A stretch of 64,000 nucleotides of DNA from Minisyncoccota bacterium (GCA_018062965.1 JAGORG010000001.1:71488-135487); one strand, 5' to 3'; shown: positions 36,803 to 45,629, numbered from the stretch's first letter. Notes: a model not told the origin generated them from the letters alone. Translations and numbers: made by a program.

Positions 36803-38323
36803 ATGCAAAATACCCAACAAAACACACGAGAAACTATGCAGACATTGGTTCCAAAAGAAGCGATGATGGTACTTGCTGTTCTGCAAAATGCAGGATTTGA
36901 AGCATTTTTAGTAGGGGGATGCGTCCGAGATTTGATAATGGGCAACAAGCCAAAGGATTTTGATATTACAACAAATGCAACACCAGAGCAGATTATTGCA
37001 CTGTTCCCAAAGACATTTTATGAAAACACCTACGGAACAGTAGGGGTGGTGACCTGTGGAGAAGATCTTGGTACTGTTTGTAGCGATGAAACACTTAAAA
37101 TCATTGAAGTTACACCATATCGTCTTGAAACTACATATTCAGATAATCGCCACCCAGATGAGGTTATGTGGAGTAAAGATCTTATGGATGACCTAAAACG
37201 TCGTGATTTCACATGTAACGCTATGGCCTACAATCCAATAACAGGAGAGCTCGTGGATCCATATAAAGGACAAGATGATATAAAAGACAAAGTGATTCGT
37301 GCTGTGGGCGCACCAGATCAGCGTTTCAATGAAGATGCGCTACGACTTATGCGTGCTGTGCGCTTTGTTTGCCAGCTTGATTTTGACTTGGATAGCGTTA
37401 CACGTGAAAGCATCGAGAGAAACGCTCATCTTTTGAACAACATTTCACGTGAAAGGGTGCGTGATGAGTTTATCAAGCTTGTTATGACTGATTTTCCTAT
37501 GCGCGGACTGATTCTTATGAAAGAAACAGGGCTTTTGCGGCATGTGGTTCCAGAACTTGAGCGTGGAATAGGGGTTACACAGAACCAAGCGCATATGTTT
37601 GATGTGTGGGAGCATAATCTCCGTACACTTCAGCACGCTGCAGACAAAAAGTGGCCACTACACGTGAGACTTTCTGCTATTTTCCACGATATTTCAAAGC
37701 CTGAGACAAAGCGTTTTTCAAAAGAGAAGAATGTAATTACGTTTTACGGGCATGATGTAGTAGGTGGGCGCGTTACACGTGAAATCATGGAGCGGCTCAA
37801 GTTTCCAAAGGAATTGACCGACAGAGTGTCTATGTTTGTGCGTTGGCACATGTTTTTCTCAGACACCGAACAAATAAGCATTTCTGCGGTGAGGCGTCTA
37901 ATAACGAATGTTGGCAAAGAAAACATCTGGGATCTGATAGACCTGCGTATTTGTGATCGTGTAGGGACAGGGAGACCAAAAGAAGAGCCGTACAGACTAC
38001 GTATGTATCAGTCGATGGTAGAACAGGCTCTCAAAGATCCAATCTCACTTAAGATGCTCAAAACCGACGGGAAACGTATCATGGACGTTACACAAGAAAC
38101 GCCTGGACCAAAAATCGGGTATGTTTTGCATGCGTTATTTGATGAAGTGCTTGAAAATCCAGAGAAAAACACAGAAGAGTATTTAGATGGTCGTGCGAAA
38201 GAGCTTATGAAACTCTCTGTTGAAGAGCTCAAAGCACTCGGCGAAGCAGGAAAAGAAGAAATGGAGCAGAAAAACGAGGAACAGGTGAAAGAGATTCGCA
38301 AACAATTCAAAGTAAAAGCATAA
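36803..38323 (+). CDS. cca: tRNA nucleotidyltransferase (CCA-adding enzyme / polyA polymerase family) with HD domain and K/E-rich C-terminal tail
   Basis: GGCVRDLIMG...DFDITT is the head-domain signature. HD region FHDISKPET. Confidence 0.85.
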   Translation: MQNTQQNTRETMQTLVPKEAMMVLAVLQNAGFEAFLVGGCVRDLIMGNKPKDFDITTNATPEQIIALFPKTFYENTYGTVGVVTCGEDLGTVCSDETLKIIEVTPYRLETTYSDNRHPDEVMWSKDLMDDLKRRDFTCNAMAYNPITGELVDPYKGQDDIKDKVIRAVGAPDQRFNEDALRLMRAVRFVCQLDFDLDSVTRESIERNAHLLNNISRERVRDEFIKLVMTDFPMRGLILMKETGLLRHVVPELERGIGVTQNQAHMFDVWEHNLRTLQHAADKKWPLHVRLSAIFHDISKPETKRFSKEKNVITFYGHDVVGGRVTREIMERLKFPKELTDRVSMFVRWHMFFSDTEQISISAVRRLITNVGKENIWDLIDLRICDRVGTGRPKEEPYRLRMYQSMVEQALKDPISLKMLKTDGKRIMDVTQETPGPKIGYVLHALFDEVLENPEKNTEEYLDGRAKELMKLSVEELKALGEAGKEEMEQKNEEQVKEIRKQFKVKA

Positions 38324-38388
38324 AAGACATTCAAAGGTTGAACATTGTCCTTTATAAGAGACAAAGTTGTTTCTGATATACTTTCCTC

Positions 38389-40305
38389 ATGAACTTCTCT
38401 TTGGATGATCTCCATCCACTTACATTTTCGCTTCTCAAAAAAAGGGGAGTAGAGGAAAAAGATATGATGGATTTTTTGAATCCTTCATACGAAAAGCATA
38501 TAGGGGATCCGTTTGGGATATATGGGATGGATAAGGCGGTTAGTCGTATCGTAAATGCGATTCGAAACGGTGAAAAGATTTGCGTATACAGCGATTACGA
38601 TTGCGACGGGATTCCGGGTGGGGTGCTCTTGCGAGAATTCTTTGATGGTATTGGGTACCCGGTAGATATGTATGTGCCACATCGCCACAACGAAGGGTAT
38701 GGTGTGCATATTCATGCGATAGACGCGCTTAAAGCAAAAGGGGTTACGCTTATCATCACTGTTGATTCAGGAATTACCAATATCGAAGAAGTTGCGTATG
38801 CAAAAACTGTAGGTGTTGACTTTGTTGTTACTGATCACCATTTACCAATTCATGAAGAAGGGAAGGGTCAAGTGGTCCCTGATGCTGTTGCAGTGCTTAA
38901 TTCAAAACAAGATCTCTGCACGTATCATGATGATATGTTGTGTGGTTGTGCGGTCGCATGGAAACTTGCGTGTGCGATTCTGATGAGGTTGCGTGAATTG
39001 CAAGTACGCGAAACTACGGGTTTAGATGGCACGCATACATTTTCTGCTGAAAATGTTACTCACTTTCAGCTGCCCGCTTCCGAGAGTCCATCTAAACCCG
39101 TAGTTTCGCTAGAAAATGTGATTGATATTGTTTCAAAACTTCCTGTCGGCTGGGAAAAGTGGATGCTTGATCTCGTTGGTATTTCTACTATTGCGGACAT
39201 GGTGCCACTTCAAAAAGAAAACCGCGCACTTGCTCACTATGGACTTAAGGTTTTAAGAAAAACAAAGCGCCCGGGACTTTTACATATTTTTAACGAACAG
39301 CGCATGCGAAAGGATTATCTAACCGAGGATGATATCGCGTTTACTATTGCACCCCGCATCAATGCTGCGTCTCGTATGGGCACACCGATTCAAGCGCATC
39401 ATATGTTATATGAACGTAACTCTGCGAAAGCTGAAAGCTACGCCCGAGACCTTGAGCTTTTAAACACAGAACGCAAAGCCGGAGTGAAGGATATTATTTC
39501 TACACTTTCGTTTGATCATGCGGTCTACCAAAATGATGTGATCGTAGTAGGGGATATGAGTTGGGGGCCGGGAATACTTGGACTCATCGCTCAAAACATC
39601 ATTGATGAAACAGGAAAGCCTACATTTGTATGGGGTCGAGGCGGAGCCGAGAGTTCTGAGCCTGTCGAAGAACCAAGGTCGAGGAGCGATGAGCGACGAA
39701 GAGTTCCGCAGTCAGCAGACGAAGGAACACCAGAGGTTGCCGCTAAAAAAAGTAACAACGAAGCGGTTATAAAAGGGTCATGTAGATCTCTCGGAGATGT
39801 GCATGTCGTAGAACTCATGGCGCGCGTGGGACATGACGTTCTTACTCATTGGGGTGGGCACGAAGGGGCTGGCGGATTTGCTCTCACTGTAGAAAATGTT
39901 CCACGATTGTCGGATGCATTAAATGAAGCTGTGAAGCATGTGGTGATACAAGAAATAGGGAGCCAAGAGATTGCAATTGACGCAGATTTACAGATGGACG
40001 ATGTGCACGATGTTACCTACAAAGCGATTGAGCCGCTCGCGCCATTTGGAGAGGCGAACCCAAAGCCTATATTTAGTTTTGGAAATGTAACACCACTAGC
40101 CACTAAACGATTCGGAAAGAAAAATGAGCATTTAGAAATTATTTATCCGACGACCAAAGGCGGAAAAGTAAAAGCCATCCAGTTTTTTACTAAAAGTGAA
40201 ACAGAAGAAAAAGCTGTAAAGCCCCACACACTTCTCGCTCATCTTGAAAAGAGTTACTTTGCAGGAAAGACAGAGCTGCGGTTGAGGATTGTAGACATTC
40301 GCTAA
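38389..40305 (+). CDS. recJ: Single-stranded-DNA-specific exonuclease RecJ
   Basis: DHH motifs VYSDYDCDGI...ITVDSG...TDHH, DHHA1 region, and a low-complexity insert around 39640-39760. Confidence 0.9.
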   Translation: MNFSLDDLHPLTFSLLKKRGVEEKDMMDFLNPSYEKHIGDPFGIYGMDKAVSRIVNAIRNGEKICVYSDYDCDGIPGGVLLREFFDGIGYPVDMYVPHRHNEGYGVHIHAIDALKAKGVTLIITVDSGITNIEEVAYAKTVGVDFVVTDHHLPIHEEGKGQVVPDAVAVLNSKQDLCTYHDDMLCGCAVAWKLACAILMRLRELQVRETTGLDGTHTFSAENVTHFQLPASESPSKPVVSLENVIDIVSKLPVGWEKWMLDLVGISTIADMVPLQKENRALAHYGLKVLRKTKRPGLLHIFNEQRMRKDYLTEDDIAFTIAPRINAASRMGTPIQAHHMLYERNSAKAESYARDLELLNTERKAGVKDIISTLSFDHAVYQNDVIVVGDMSWGPGILGLIAQNIIDETGKPTFVWGRGGAESSEPVEEPRSRSDERRRVPQSADEGTPEVAAKKSNNEAVIKGSCRSLGDVHVVELMARVGHDVLTHWGGHEGAGGFALTVENVPRLSDALNEAVKHVVIQEIGSQEIAIDADLQMDDVHDVTYKAIEPLAPFGEANPKPIFSFGNVTPLATKRFGKKNEHLEIIYPTTKGGKVKAIQFFTKSETEEKAVKPHTLLAHLEKSYFAGKTELRLRIVDIR

Positions 40306-40372
40306 GTTTTAAATAAAAAGAAACTGCACGTTGATGTGCAGTTCGGCCGAACTGGTTTCAGGAGTAGTGATT

Positions 40373-40651
40373 TCACCAAACCCACACACTAGTCTCACAC
40401 TCTAAACATGGCTCACTAAGAGTTCCGTTTACAGCCGGTTCAGCAGAAACCTTCCACCGCTCACCTTGCTTTTTCATGAGTTCAAAGTCTTCAGAGTTGA
40501 TAACTCCCTTGAGAATCAGTGCCCTCTCTACTCGGTCACGAGAGAAGATGGCAAAATCTCGCTGGTTTCGAACATAGAGATCTGCCATCTCATGAGTAGA
40601 CTCTCCTGTGAAAACATCAATCACGAAATAATTTATCATCTTCGTTTTCAT
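40373..40651 (-). CDS. Hypothetical small protein (92 aa), last gene of the module-2 array
   Basis: Preceded by repeat module R3 plus an SD. C-terminal CLECETS. Confidence 0.4.
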   Translation of the reverse strand: MKTKMINYFVIDVFTGESTHEMADLYVRNQRDFAIFSRDRVERALILKGVINSEDFELMKKQGERWKVSAEPAVNGTLSEPCLECETSVWVW

Positions 40652-40667
40652 TTTCTCTACTCTCCGG

Positions 40668-40735
40668 GTTGTGAATGAACTAAACTTTAAAGATTTACGA
40701 TATCATAATCATAAACCTTATAAAGTGGGCGATGT
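40668..40735. repeat. Repeat module R3 (variant spacer), followed by hairpin gggcgatgtgtttcaatcgccc
   Basis: Shares the 5' GTTGTGAATGAAC and 3' CTTATAAAG ends. The hairpin is near-identical to the one after R7. Confidence 0.65.
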
Positions 40736-40755
40736 GTTTCAATCGCCCGATCCCA

Positions 40756-41025
40756 TTAACGGGAAAGTTTGCCGCAGGCCACGCCTGCCTCGAAGAGCTT
40801 TTGGAGAAGTGCTTCGAGTGGAACCTTTCCGGTCTTGCTGGCTTCGATTGCAAGAGTGCCGATAGCCGCCAAGGCCTGGATACCAGAGTCCTTGCTTGCA
40901 AGTGGTATAAAGGCGACAACTTTTTCATCACCTTCCTTGCAGTCCCTCTCCACGTCTCTACGGCTGCCGTAATCAAAGTTGAGAGCGTGCGAGCCATCCT
41001 TCGATTGTGTTACTTGTATGTGCAC
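40756..41025 (-). CDS. Hypothetical small protein (89 aa, GTG start), GC-rich (about 55%)
   Basis: Preceded by R4 with aagggaa-N7-GTG. Overlapping alternative ORFs on both strands make the frame choice uncertain. Confidence 0.4.
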   Translation of the reverse strand: MHIQVTQSKDGSHALNFDYGSRRDVERDCKEGDEKVVAFIPLASKDSGIQALAAIGTLAIEASKTGKVPLEALLQKLFEAGVACGKLSR

Positions 41026-41041
41026 GGATATTTCCCTTCAA

Positions 41042-41098
41042 GTTGTGAATGAACTGAATCTTTACAAATCCTCAAACGAATTTGAGAACTTGATAAAG
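41042..41098. repeat. Repeat module R4, followed by hairpin gctgaagagtaacgtccttcagc
   Basis: Near-identical to R1 over 57 nt. Confidence 0.7.
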
Positions 41099-41290
41099 TG
41101 CTGAAGAGTAACGTCCTTCAGCATGACGGCGATTTCCTGACTAGGATCACGTTCCCCGAGCCTATTTTGGGATTACTGCAAAATATCAGTAGTTGTCCCA
41201 GCCACCACGCTCGAAACCGTATTCCTCAAGGAGTTTTATTGTCCTCTTGTTTCCGGTCATCAACTTTCGGTCGATCGGTGGCTCATGTTC

Positions 41291-41332
41291 TTTGAAGGTT
41301 CTCAAATATTGCTACTTAAGAACCTTATAAAG
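41291..41332. repeat. Repeat module R5 (3' half only), followed by hairpin gctgaagagtgacgtccttcagc
   Basis: Contains the palindrome half-sites GTTCTCAAAT...CTTAAGAAC and CTTATAAAG. The hairpin is near-identical to the one after R4. Confidence 0.55.
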
Positions 41333-41395
41333 TGCTGAAGAGTGACGTCCTTCAGCGTGACGGTGATTATTGAGAGGGATCACATTCCCCCAAGC

Positions 41396-41827
41396 CTACT
41401 TCGCAACCACCGCGAAATGCCAGAAGGCACCCCAGTCACCGCCCCAGCCCCAGAAGCCCATTTCCCGTTCTCCGTCAGCGTAGCTCCACAGTGCGGGGAC
41501 GCTGCCGTAGGAACGGCAGACTGGGTCTGGTGCAACGATGTGGCACTTCCTCTGCACCTCGGGGTAATTCACTCCAAAGAGCAGAAGTTCCGGGAGTGTC
41601 GCGCAACGCAGACCCTGGCGCGCGAGCTCCCCCACCACATTTTCGGAGCGGATGAGGTGTCCGAATTGATGTAGATAGGGCATTGCCACCTCACCACTAC
41701 CTTCGATCGAGTGGTTCCTTTCGGCAAACAGCTTGAGTATTATGTCTGCGTTGTTATACTTTCCAGCGAGGATCATCTCTTTCGCAGACATGTTGTAGTT
41801 GAACTGAATCATTTGAGCTTGTTCCAT
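41396..41827 (-). CDS. Hypothetical protein (143 aa), GC-rich (about 58%), paralog of 43583..44014, divergent from TrmB-like regulator 2
   Basis: Shares MEQAQ.I.F.YNM..KEMI...ATLPELLLF with the paralog. Otherwise unrecognised. Confidence 0.6.
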   Translation of the reverse strand: MEQAQMIQFNYNMSAKEMILAGKYNNADIILKLFAERNHSIEGSGEVAMPYLHQFGHLIRSENVVGELARQGLRCATLPELLLFGVNYPEVQRKCHIVAPDPVCRSYGSVPALWSYADGEREMGFWGWGGDWGAFWHFAVVAK

Positions 41828-41982
41828 TTTGAATCTCCAATCAATGTGCTTAGTTCAGAACACCTGAACTTTCTGATAACATTATGCCATTTTAAAACAC
41901 ATCTGTCAATATAAAGATGACAGTATTATATTACAAAAAGTATTGCAAATTATGAGTAATATGATATAGTGTAATATATATT
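41828..41982. promoter_or_regulatory. Divergent promoter region with two palindromes (AGTTCAGAACACCTGAACT and CTGTCA-N9-TGACAG)
   Basis: Inverted repeats at 41851-41869 and 41902-41922, between divergent start codons. Confidence 0.4.
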
Positions 41983-42786
41983 ATGACAGTTAAAAATGAA
42001 GCGTTGCTTACAAATGAGGAAAATAGCTTAGAAAATGCTCGAAAGATGCTTCTTTCATTTGGTCTTTCAGACAGTGAATCCAAGGTTTATATCTATTTAT
42101 TAGAGCGCGGAGGGGAAATCGGAGGGTCAAAGATAGCAATTGGGGCGAAGCTGCATAGACAATATGTGTATTTGGCGCTTCCGCATCTGATGCAGTTGGG
42201 ACTAGTTGAGGAAATTCCTCATGGAAAGCTCAGTAAATACAAAGCAAATGCTCCGACTGAGATAGAAAAGATTGCAAAGAAGCGAGTTGTTGAAGCAGAA
42301 GATCTCGTAAAGGAGTTACAGAAGTTTTCAAAAGTAGGACATGAGCAAGACTTTGAAGTCTATGTTGGGGACACGGCAATACAGAAATACGAGGTTAATT
42401 GGGTAAAAGGTGTCAAGGATCACGAAGAGCAGTATATTATCGGAGGAAATACGAAAGGCTTTACCGAAATGATGGGGGATGCACTTGATGAGTATTTGGT
42501 AACTGAGTCTAGAAAGAAAATAACAACGTATTATCTGGGACACACAAGCGAACGGGGATTGTGGTCAGATACGCTTCTGGCGCAGAATGATTTGCGTGCT
42601 AAGTTTTTAGATACTTTACCACTTGGCGTGTCCCACTTTGTTGTACGAAAAGGGCATGTTGCATTCTTTACGTTTCTTAAGCCATCACTTTTGTATGTGA
42701 TCAAATCCGAAGCAGTATCAGAAAACTACAAGCAATTCTTCATGATGTTGTGGGAGATGGCGAGCGACTCGGTCGCGAAGATGTGA
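41983..42786 (+). CDS. TrmB-family-like HTH transcriptional regulator (paralog 2)
   Basis: LLSFGLSDSESKVYIYLLERGGEIGGSKIAIGAKLHRQYVYLALPHLMQLGLVEEI is TrmB-type wHTH. C-terminus FFMMLWEMA is shared with paralog 3. Confidence 0.65.
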   Translation: MTVKNEALLTNEENSLENARKMLLSFGLSDSESKVYIYLLERGGEIGGSKIAIGAKLHRQYVYLALPHLMQLGLVEEIPHGKLSKYKANAPTEIEKIAKKRVVEAEDLVKELQKFSKVGHEQDFEVYVGDTAIQKYEVNWVKGVKDHEEQYIIGGNTKGFTEMMGDALDEYLVTESRKKITTYYLGHTSERGLWSDTLLAQNDLRAKFLDTLPLGVSHFVVRKGHVAFFTFLKPSLLYVIKSEAVSENYKQFFMMLWEMASDSVAKM

Positions 42787-42893
42787 ATCAGCAGATTCAT
42801 GGCTTGGCCGCAAGGAGACAGTAGTCCTAGGACGCAAGGGGATTAATTTAAAAAGAAAACCGCACATTGCTGTGTGGTTTTTTGCTGTGAAGC

Positions 42894-43097
42894 TCACAGT
42901 CTGTTTGGGCTCATTTGACCCGCACGGTACAGAAAGTACCCGTGCACAAGGATTAGTATTCCGTAGAACGCCAATCCTGCGACCAGTGTCAGATGGTCGA
43001 AGCCCTCAGAGTGAATGAAGGGCGGATAATACTGCAAGCCGTATCCAAGAAATACGAGTACGGCGATGCTGTAGAGTGCGAGCAGAATGCGAGACAT
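42894..43097 (-). CDS. Small 2-TM membrane peptide (67 aa), copy 2
   Basis: Start reassigned to MSRILL with SD ggaggaatacc-ATG. About 90% nt identity to 26243..26446 including the 3' flank. Confidence 0.65.
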   Translation of the reverse strand: MSRILLALYSIAVLVFLGYGLQYYPPFIHSEGFDHLTLVAGLAFYGILILVHGYFLYRAGQMSPNRL

Positions 43098-43113
43098 GGT
43101 ATTCCTCCGGTAG

Positions 43114-43172
43114 TTGTGAATGAACAATCTCTACAAATCCTCAAATATTTCTAGTTGAGAACTTGATAAAGA
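43114..43172. repeat. Repeat module R6, followed by hairpin cctcgacatgtgtcgagg
   Basis: GTTGTGAATGAAC...TTGATAAAG. Directly 5' of the SD of the 43097 gene. Confidence 0.7.
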
Positions 43173-43456
43173 CCTCGACATGTGTCGAGGGTGCTTGTCA
43201 TTGAACCCGAGGATCTACCGTTTAGGTTGATCGACGAGGTCTAACATTGCCTATCAAGCGGCAACGCTTGCAACCATTCAGTCACAAGAAGTGTTACATG
43301 CTCTGATTCTTCAGTTCAGATTTTCAGCACGTTTTGAGTACTTTCTTACTCGAATACATGTACCGTTAAGTTCCCATTCGTTCGGAGTTTCATTGTCCGG
43401 GGTTGTTAACTGCGACCGGTAGAGCCGACCATCTTTTGCAAGTGGATTTCTTTTTC

Positions 43457-43512
43457 GTTAGTGAACAATCTCTACAAGTTCTCAAATATTTCTACTTGAG
43501 AACTTGATAAAG
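43457..43512. repeat. Repeat module R7 (5' end degenerate), perfect palindrome CAAGTTCTCAA-N11-TTGAGAACTTG, followed by hairpin ggcgatatgtttcaatcgcc
   Basis: No intact ORF immediately downstream on the minus strand. Confidence 0.65.
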
Positions 43513-43582
43513 TAGGCGATATGTTTCAATCGCCCGGTTGAGTCCGACTTATATTCCGCGTGGACTAGAGTGCGGGTGTTGT

Positions 43583-44014
43583 TCATTTCTGAACAACGGC
43601 TAAGAACTCATCCTGTCTTAAGGAACAGTCCCCTGTGAGGACCCTCTCCTTGCCCCCACAAACTTTCCACAAGAATCCTCCTGGATATCTCCGATGGTTC
43701 ATGGGCTCCATTGTTGCAAATCTTGACAATGTAGGATTGTGCGCCGCAAAAAGAAGGAGTTCGGGCAGTGTTGCTGAACGAAGTCCTGCTCCAGCTATTT
43801 TTCCCAAAATAGCCGCCCCTTCATCCCAGCGTGTTTCCCGGCATTGGCCATAGGATTGCAAGTGAGGCAAATCTACATCAATTTCACCCGCGCCTTGAAG
43901 GACATAGTTTAAAGCATCCCTCTCCCACGTCCTATCTATGACAAGGTTTGCCTCCCCAATCATCTCTTTAATGGTCATGTTGTAGGTGAAGATGATAGCC
44001 TGAGCTTGTTCCAT
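43583..44014 (-). CDS. Hypothetical protein (143 aa), paralog of 41396..41827, divergent from TrmB-like regulator 3
   Basis: Same length and conserved blocks as the paralog. Confidence 0.6.
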   Translation of the reverse strand: MEQAQAIIFTYNMTIKEMIGEANLVIDRTWERDALNYVLQGAGEIDVDLPHLQSYGQCRETRWDEGAAILGKIAGAGLRSATLPELLLFAAHNPTLSRFATMEPMNHRRYPGGFLWKVCGGKERVLTGDCSLRQDEFLAVVQK

Positions 44015-44181
44015 TTTGTTTCCTTAATGTACATTTAGTTCGGGAACCTTTCCTGAACTTTCTGGTAATATTGTACAACTTTGAAACACATTTGTCAATC
44101 ATAAAATTGACATTATTTTATTACATTATACATTGTAAAACAATGAAAATATGGTATACTAACAATAAATAATTTGACACT
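44015..44181. promoter_or_regulatory. Divergent promoter region with palindromes (AGTTCGGGAACCTTTCCTGAACT, TGTCAAT-N6-ATTGACA)
   Basis: Inverted repeats at 44037-44059 and 44093-44112. Parallels the 41828-41982 region. Confidence 0.4.
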
Positions 44182-44976
44182 ATGGAAATTATAAAACAGA
44201 AAAAGTCTAAAAAAGAGGTAGAAAACCTGTATGTTGAGAAACTCGCGGAACTTGGTTTTTCTAAAGCGGAGAGCCTTATTTATGTATATTTATTGGAAAA
44301 AGGGTCTGAAGCGCTAGTTTCTAAGATAGCGGTCGCTACAGGTATGCATCGTCAGCAGGTGTATCTTGTACTCCCTAAGCTCGTAGAATCTGGAGTCGTT
44401 GAAGAGGTTAAAGAAGGAAAACTCACTAGATATAAAGCTAGGCCGCCGCAGAGTCTGGAAAGGGTTGTGAGGCGTAAGGTTACTCTGGCGGAAGATGTAG
44501 CTCAGGAGCTCGAGAAGATTTCAAAACTTGGTAACGAACAGGAATTTGAAGCGGTTATTGGAGAAAAAGCATATCGAGCTTACGATATAGAGCGCGCAAA
44601 AAATATGAAAGAAGGGGATGTTCAGTACATCATAGGCTCCTCCTCTGATGAATATCTGGTAGCGATGGGGGATGCGTACGAAAAGGAGTATGTTCCAATC
44701 CTTGCCTCAAAGAATGTAAAAACTTATTATATTGCGCCGGAAAGTCAAAAGTTTAGAAAGGATTATGTCAGCGAGCGTCAGCACTTCGAAGTAAGAGTTC
44801 TTTCTAAAATGAAACAGAATTCCATTACTACCATGATTCAGGGAGATAAACTTATATTCTATTCAAACGTGAAGCCGCTCAGTATCTATATTATTACGTC
44901 TAAGAAAGTTGCAGAAAGTTATAGGGAATTCTTCATGATGCTGTGGGAGATGGCAGAAGAAGCAGAAAAGAAATAA
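44182..44976 (+). CDS. TrmB-family-like HTH transcriptional regulator (paralog 3)
   Basis: YVEKLAELGFSKAESLIYVYLLEKGSEALVSKIAVATGMHRQQVYLVLPKLVESGVVEEV. C-terminus FFMMLWEMAEE. Confidence 0.65.
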   Translation: MEIIKQKKSKKEVENLYVEKLAELGFSKAESLIYVYLLEKGSEALVSKIAVATGMHRQQVYLVLPKLVESGVVEEVKEGKLTRYKARPPQSLERVVRRKVTLAEDVAQELEKISKLGNEQEFEAVIGEKAYRAYDIERAKNMKEGDVQYIIGSSSDEYLVAMGDAYEKEYVPILASKNVKTYYIAPESQKFRKDYVSERQHFEVRVLSKMKQNSITTMIQGDKLIFYSNVKPLSIYIITSKKVAESYREFFMMLWEMAEEAEKK

Positions 44977-44990
44977 TATATACTACTTAC

Positions 44991-45614
44991 ATGAAACTCA
45001 CTATTTATACTGACGGATCGTCGCGGGGGAATCCGGGGCCGGGGGGTTGGGCGGCCATTTTGGTTACTCATCAAAATGGCGAGACCACAGACCACAGAGC
45101 ACAGAACACAGAACATACGGAATACGACGAAGTGATAGAGCTTGGTGGGGCAGAACAGCATACGACAAATAATCGTATGGAACTTCTCGGGGCTATTAAA
45201 GCGTTACAAGCTGTTAGTCTTCAGCCTATAGCTGGTAGCGATACGGACTCGAATTCAGAAAAGCTACAAGCTACAAGCTACAAGCTACAATCTGTTGAAG
45301 TGTTTACCGATAGTGAATACGTAAAGAAGGGGATGAGCGTTTGGATCACAGGGTGGATTGCTAAGGGATGGAAGACGTCTACAAAGAAGCCAGTGCTCAA
45401 CCAAGACCTGTGGGAAGAACTTCATGCTGAAGAAAAGCGATTGAAAGACGCAGGGGTTGCTGTTACGTGGACATACGTGAAGGCTCATGTGGGTATCGCA
45501 CTGAATGAACGAGCGGATACTATTGCTACAAGTTGTGCGGATAGTGTTGTAGAAAATACTGCAAGTAATTTGCAACTATATCGCGGACCAAAGTCTGATT
45601 ATCCATATTTTTAA
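44991..45614 (+). CDS. rnhA: Ribonuclease HI with an internal insertion containing a heptanucleotide tandem repeat
   Basis: MKLTIYTDGSSRGNPGPGGWAAIL...TNNRMEL...TDSEYV...W..KGWK...VKAH.GI..NERAD. Start at the internal Met of the 44943 ORF. Confidence 0.85.
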   Translation: MKLTIYTDGSSRGNPGPGGWAAILVTHQNGETTDHRAQNTEHTEYDEVIELGGAEQHTTNNRMELLGAIKALQAVSLQPIAGSDTDSNSEKLQATSYKLQSVEVFTDSEYVKKGMSVWITGWIAKGWKTSTKKPVLNQDLWEELHAEEKRLKDAGVAVTWTYVKAHVGIALNERADTIATSCADSVVENTASNLQLYRGPKSDYPYF

Positions 45615-45629
45615 TCCACCTTTTGCTCT

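Noticed and set aside
40695-41052. Alternative ORFs overlapping the 89-aa gene (100 aa on minus, 106 aa on plus)
   Set aside because: High GC inflates spurious ORFs. The chosen frame is the one with a repeat-module plus SD arrangement like the other cargo genes. The Arg/Ser-rich alternative translations look non-protein-like. This remains uncertain.
26463-43512. Could the repeated modules be a CRISPR array or integron attC sites?
   Set aside because: Copies are irregularly spaced (hundreds to thousands of nt apart) with ORFs in between. There is no repeat-spacer periodicity and no cas or intI gene. The modules sit 5' of genes next to their RBS rather than 3' of cassettes, and the GTTRRRY core is not matched.
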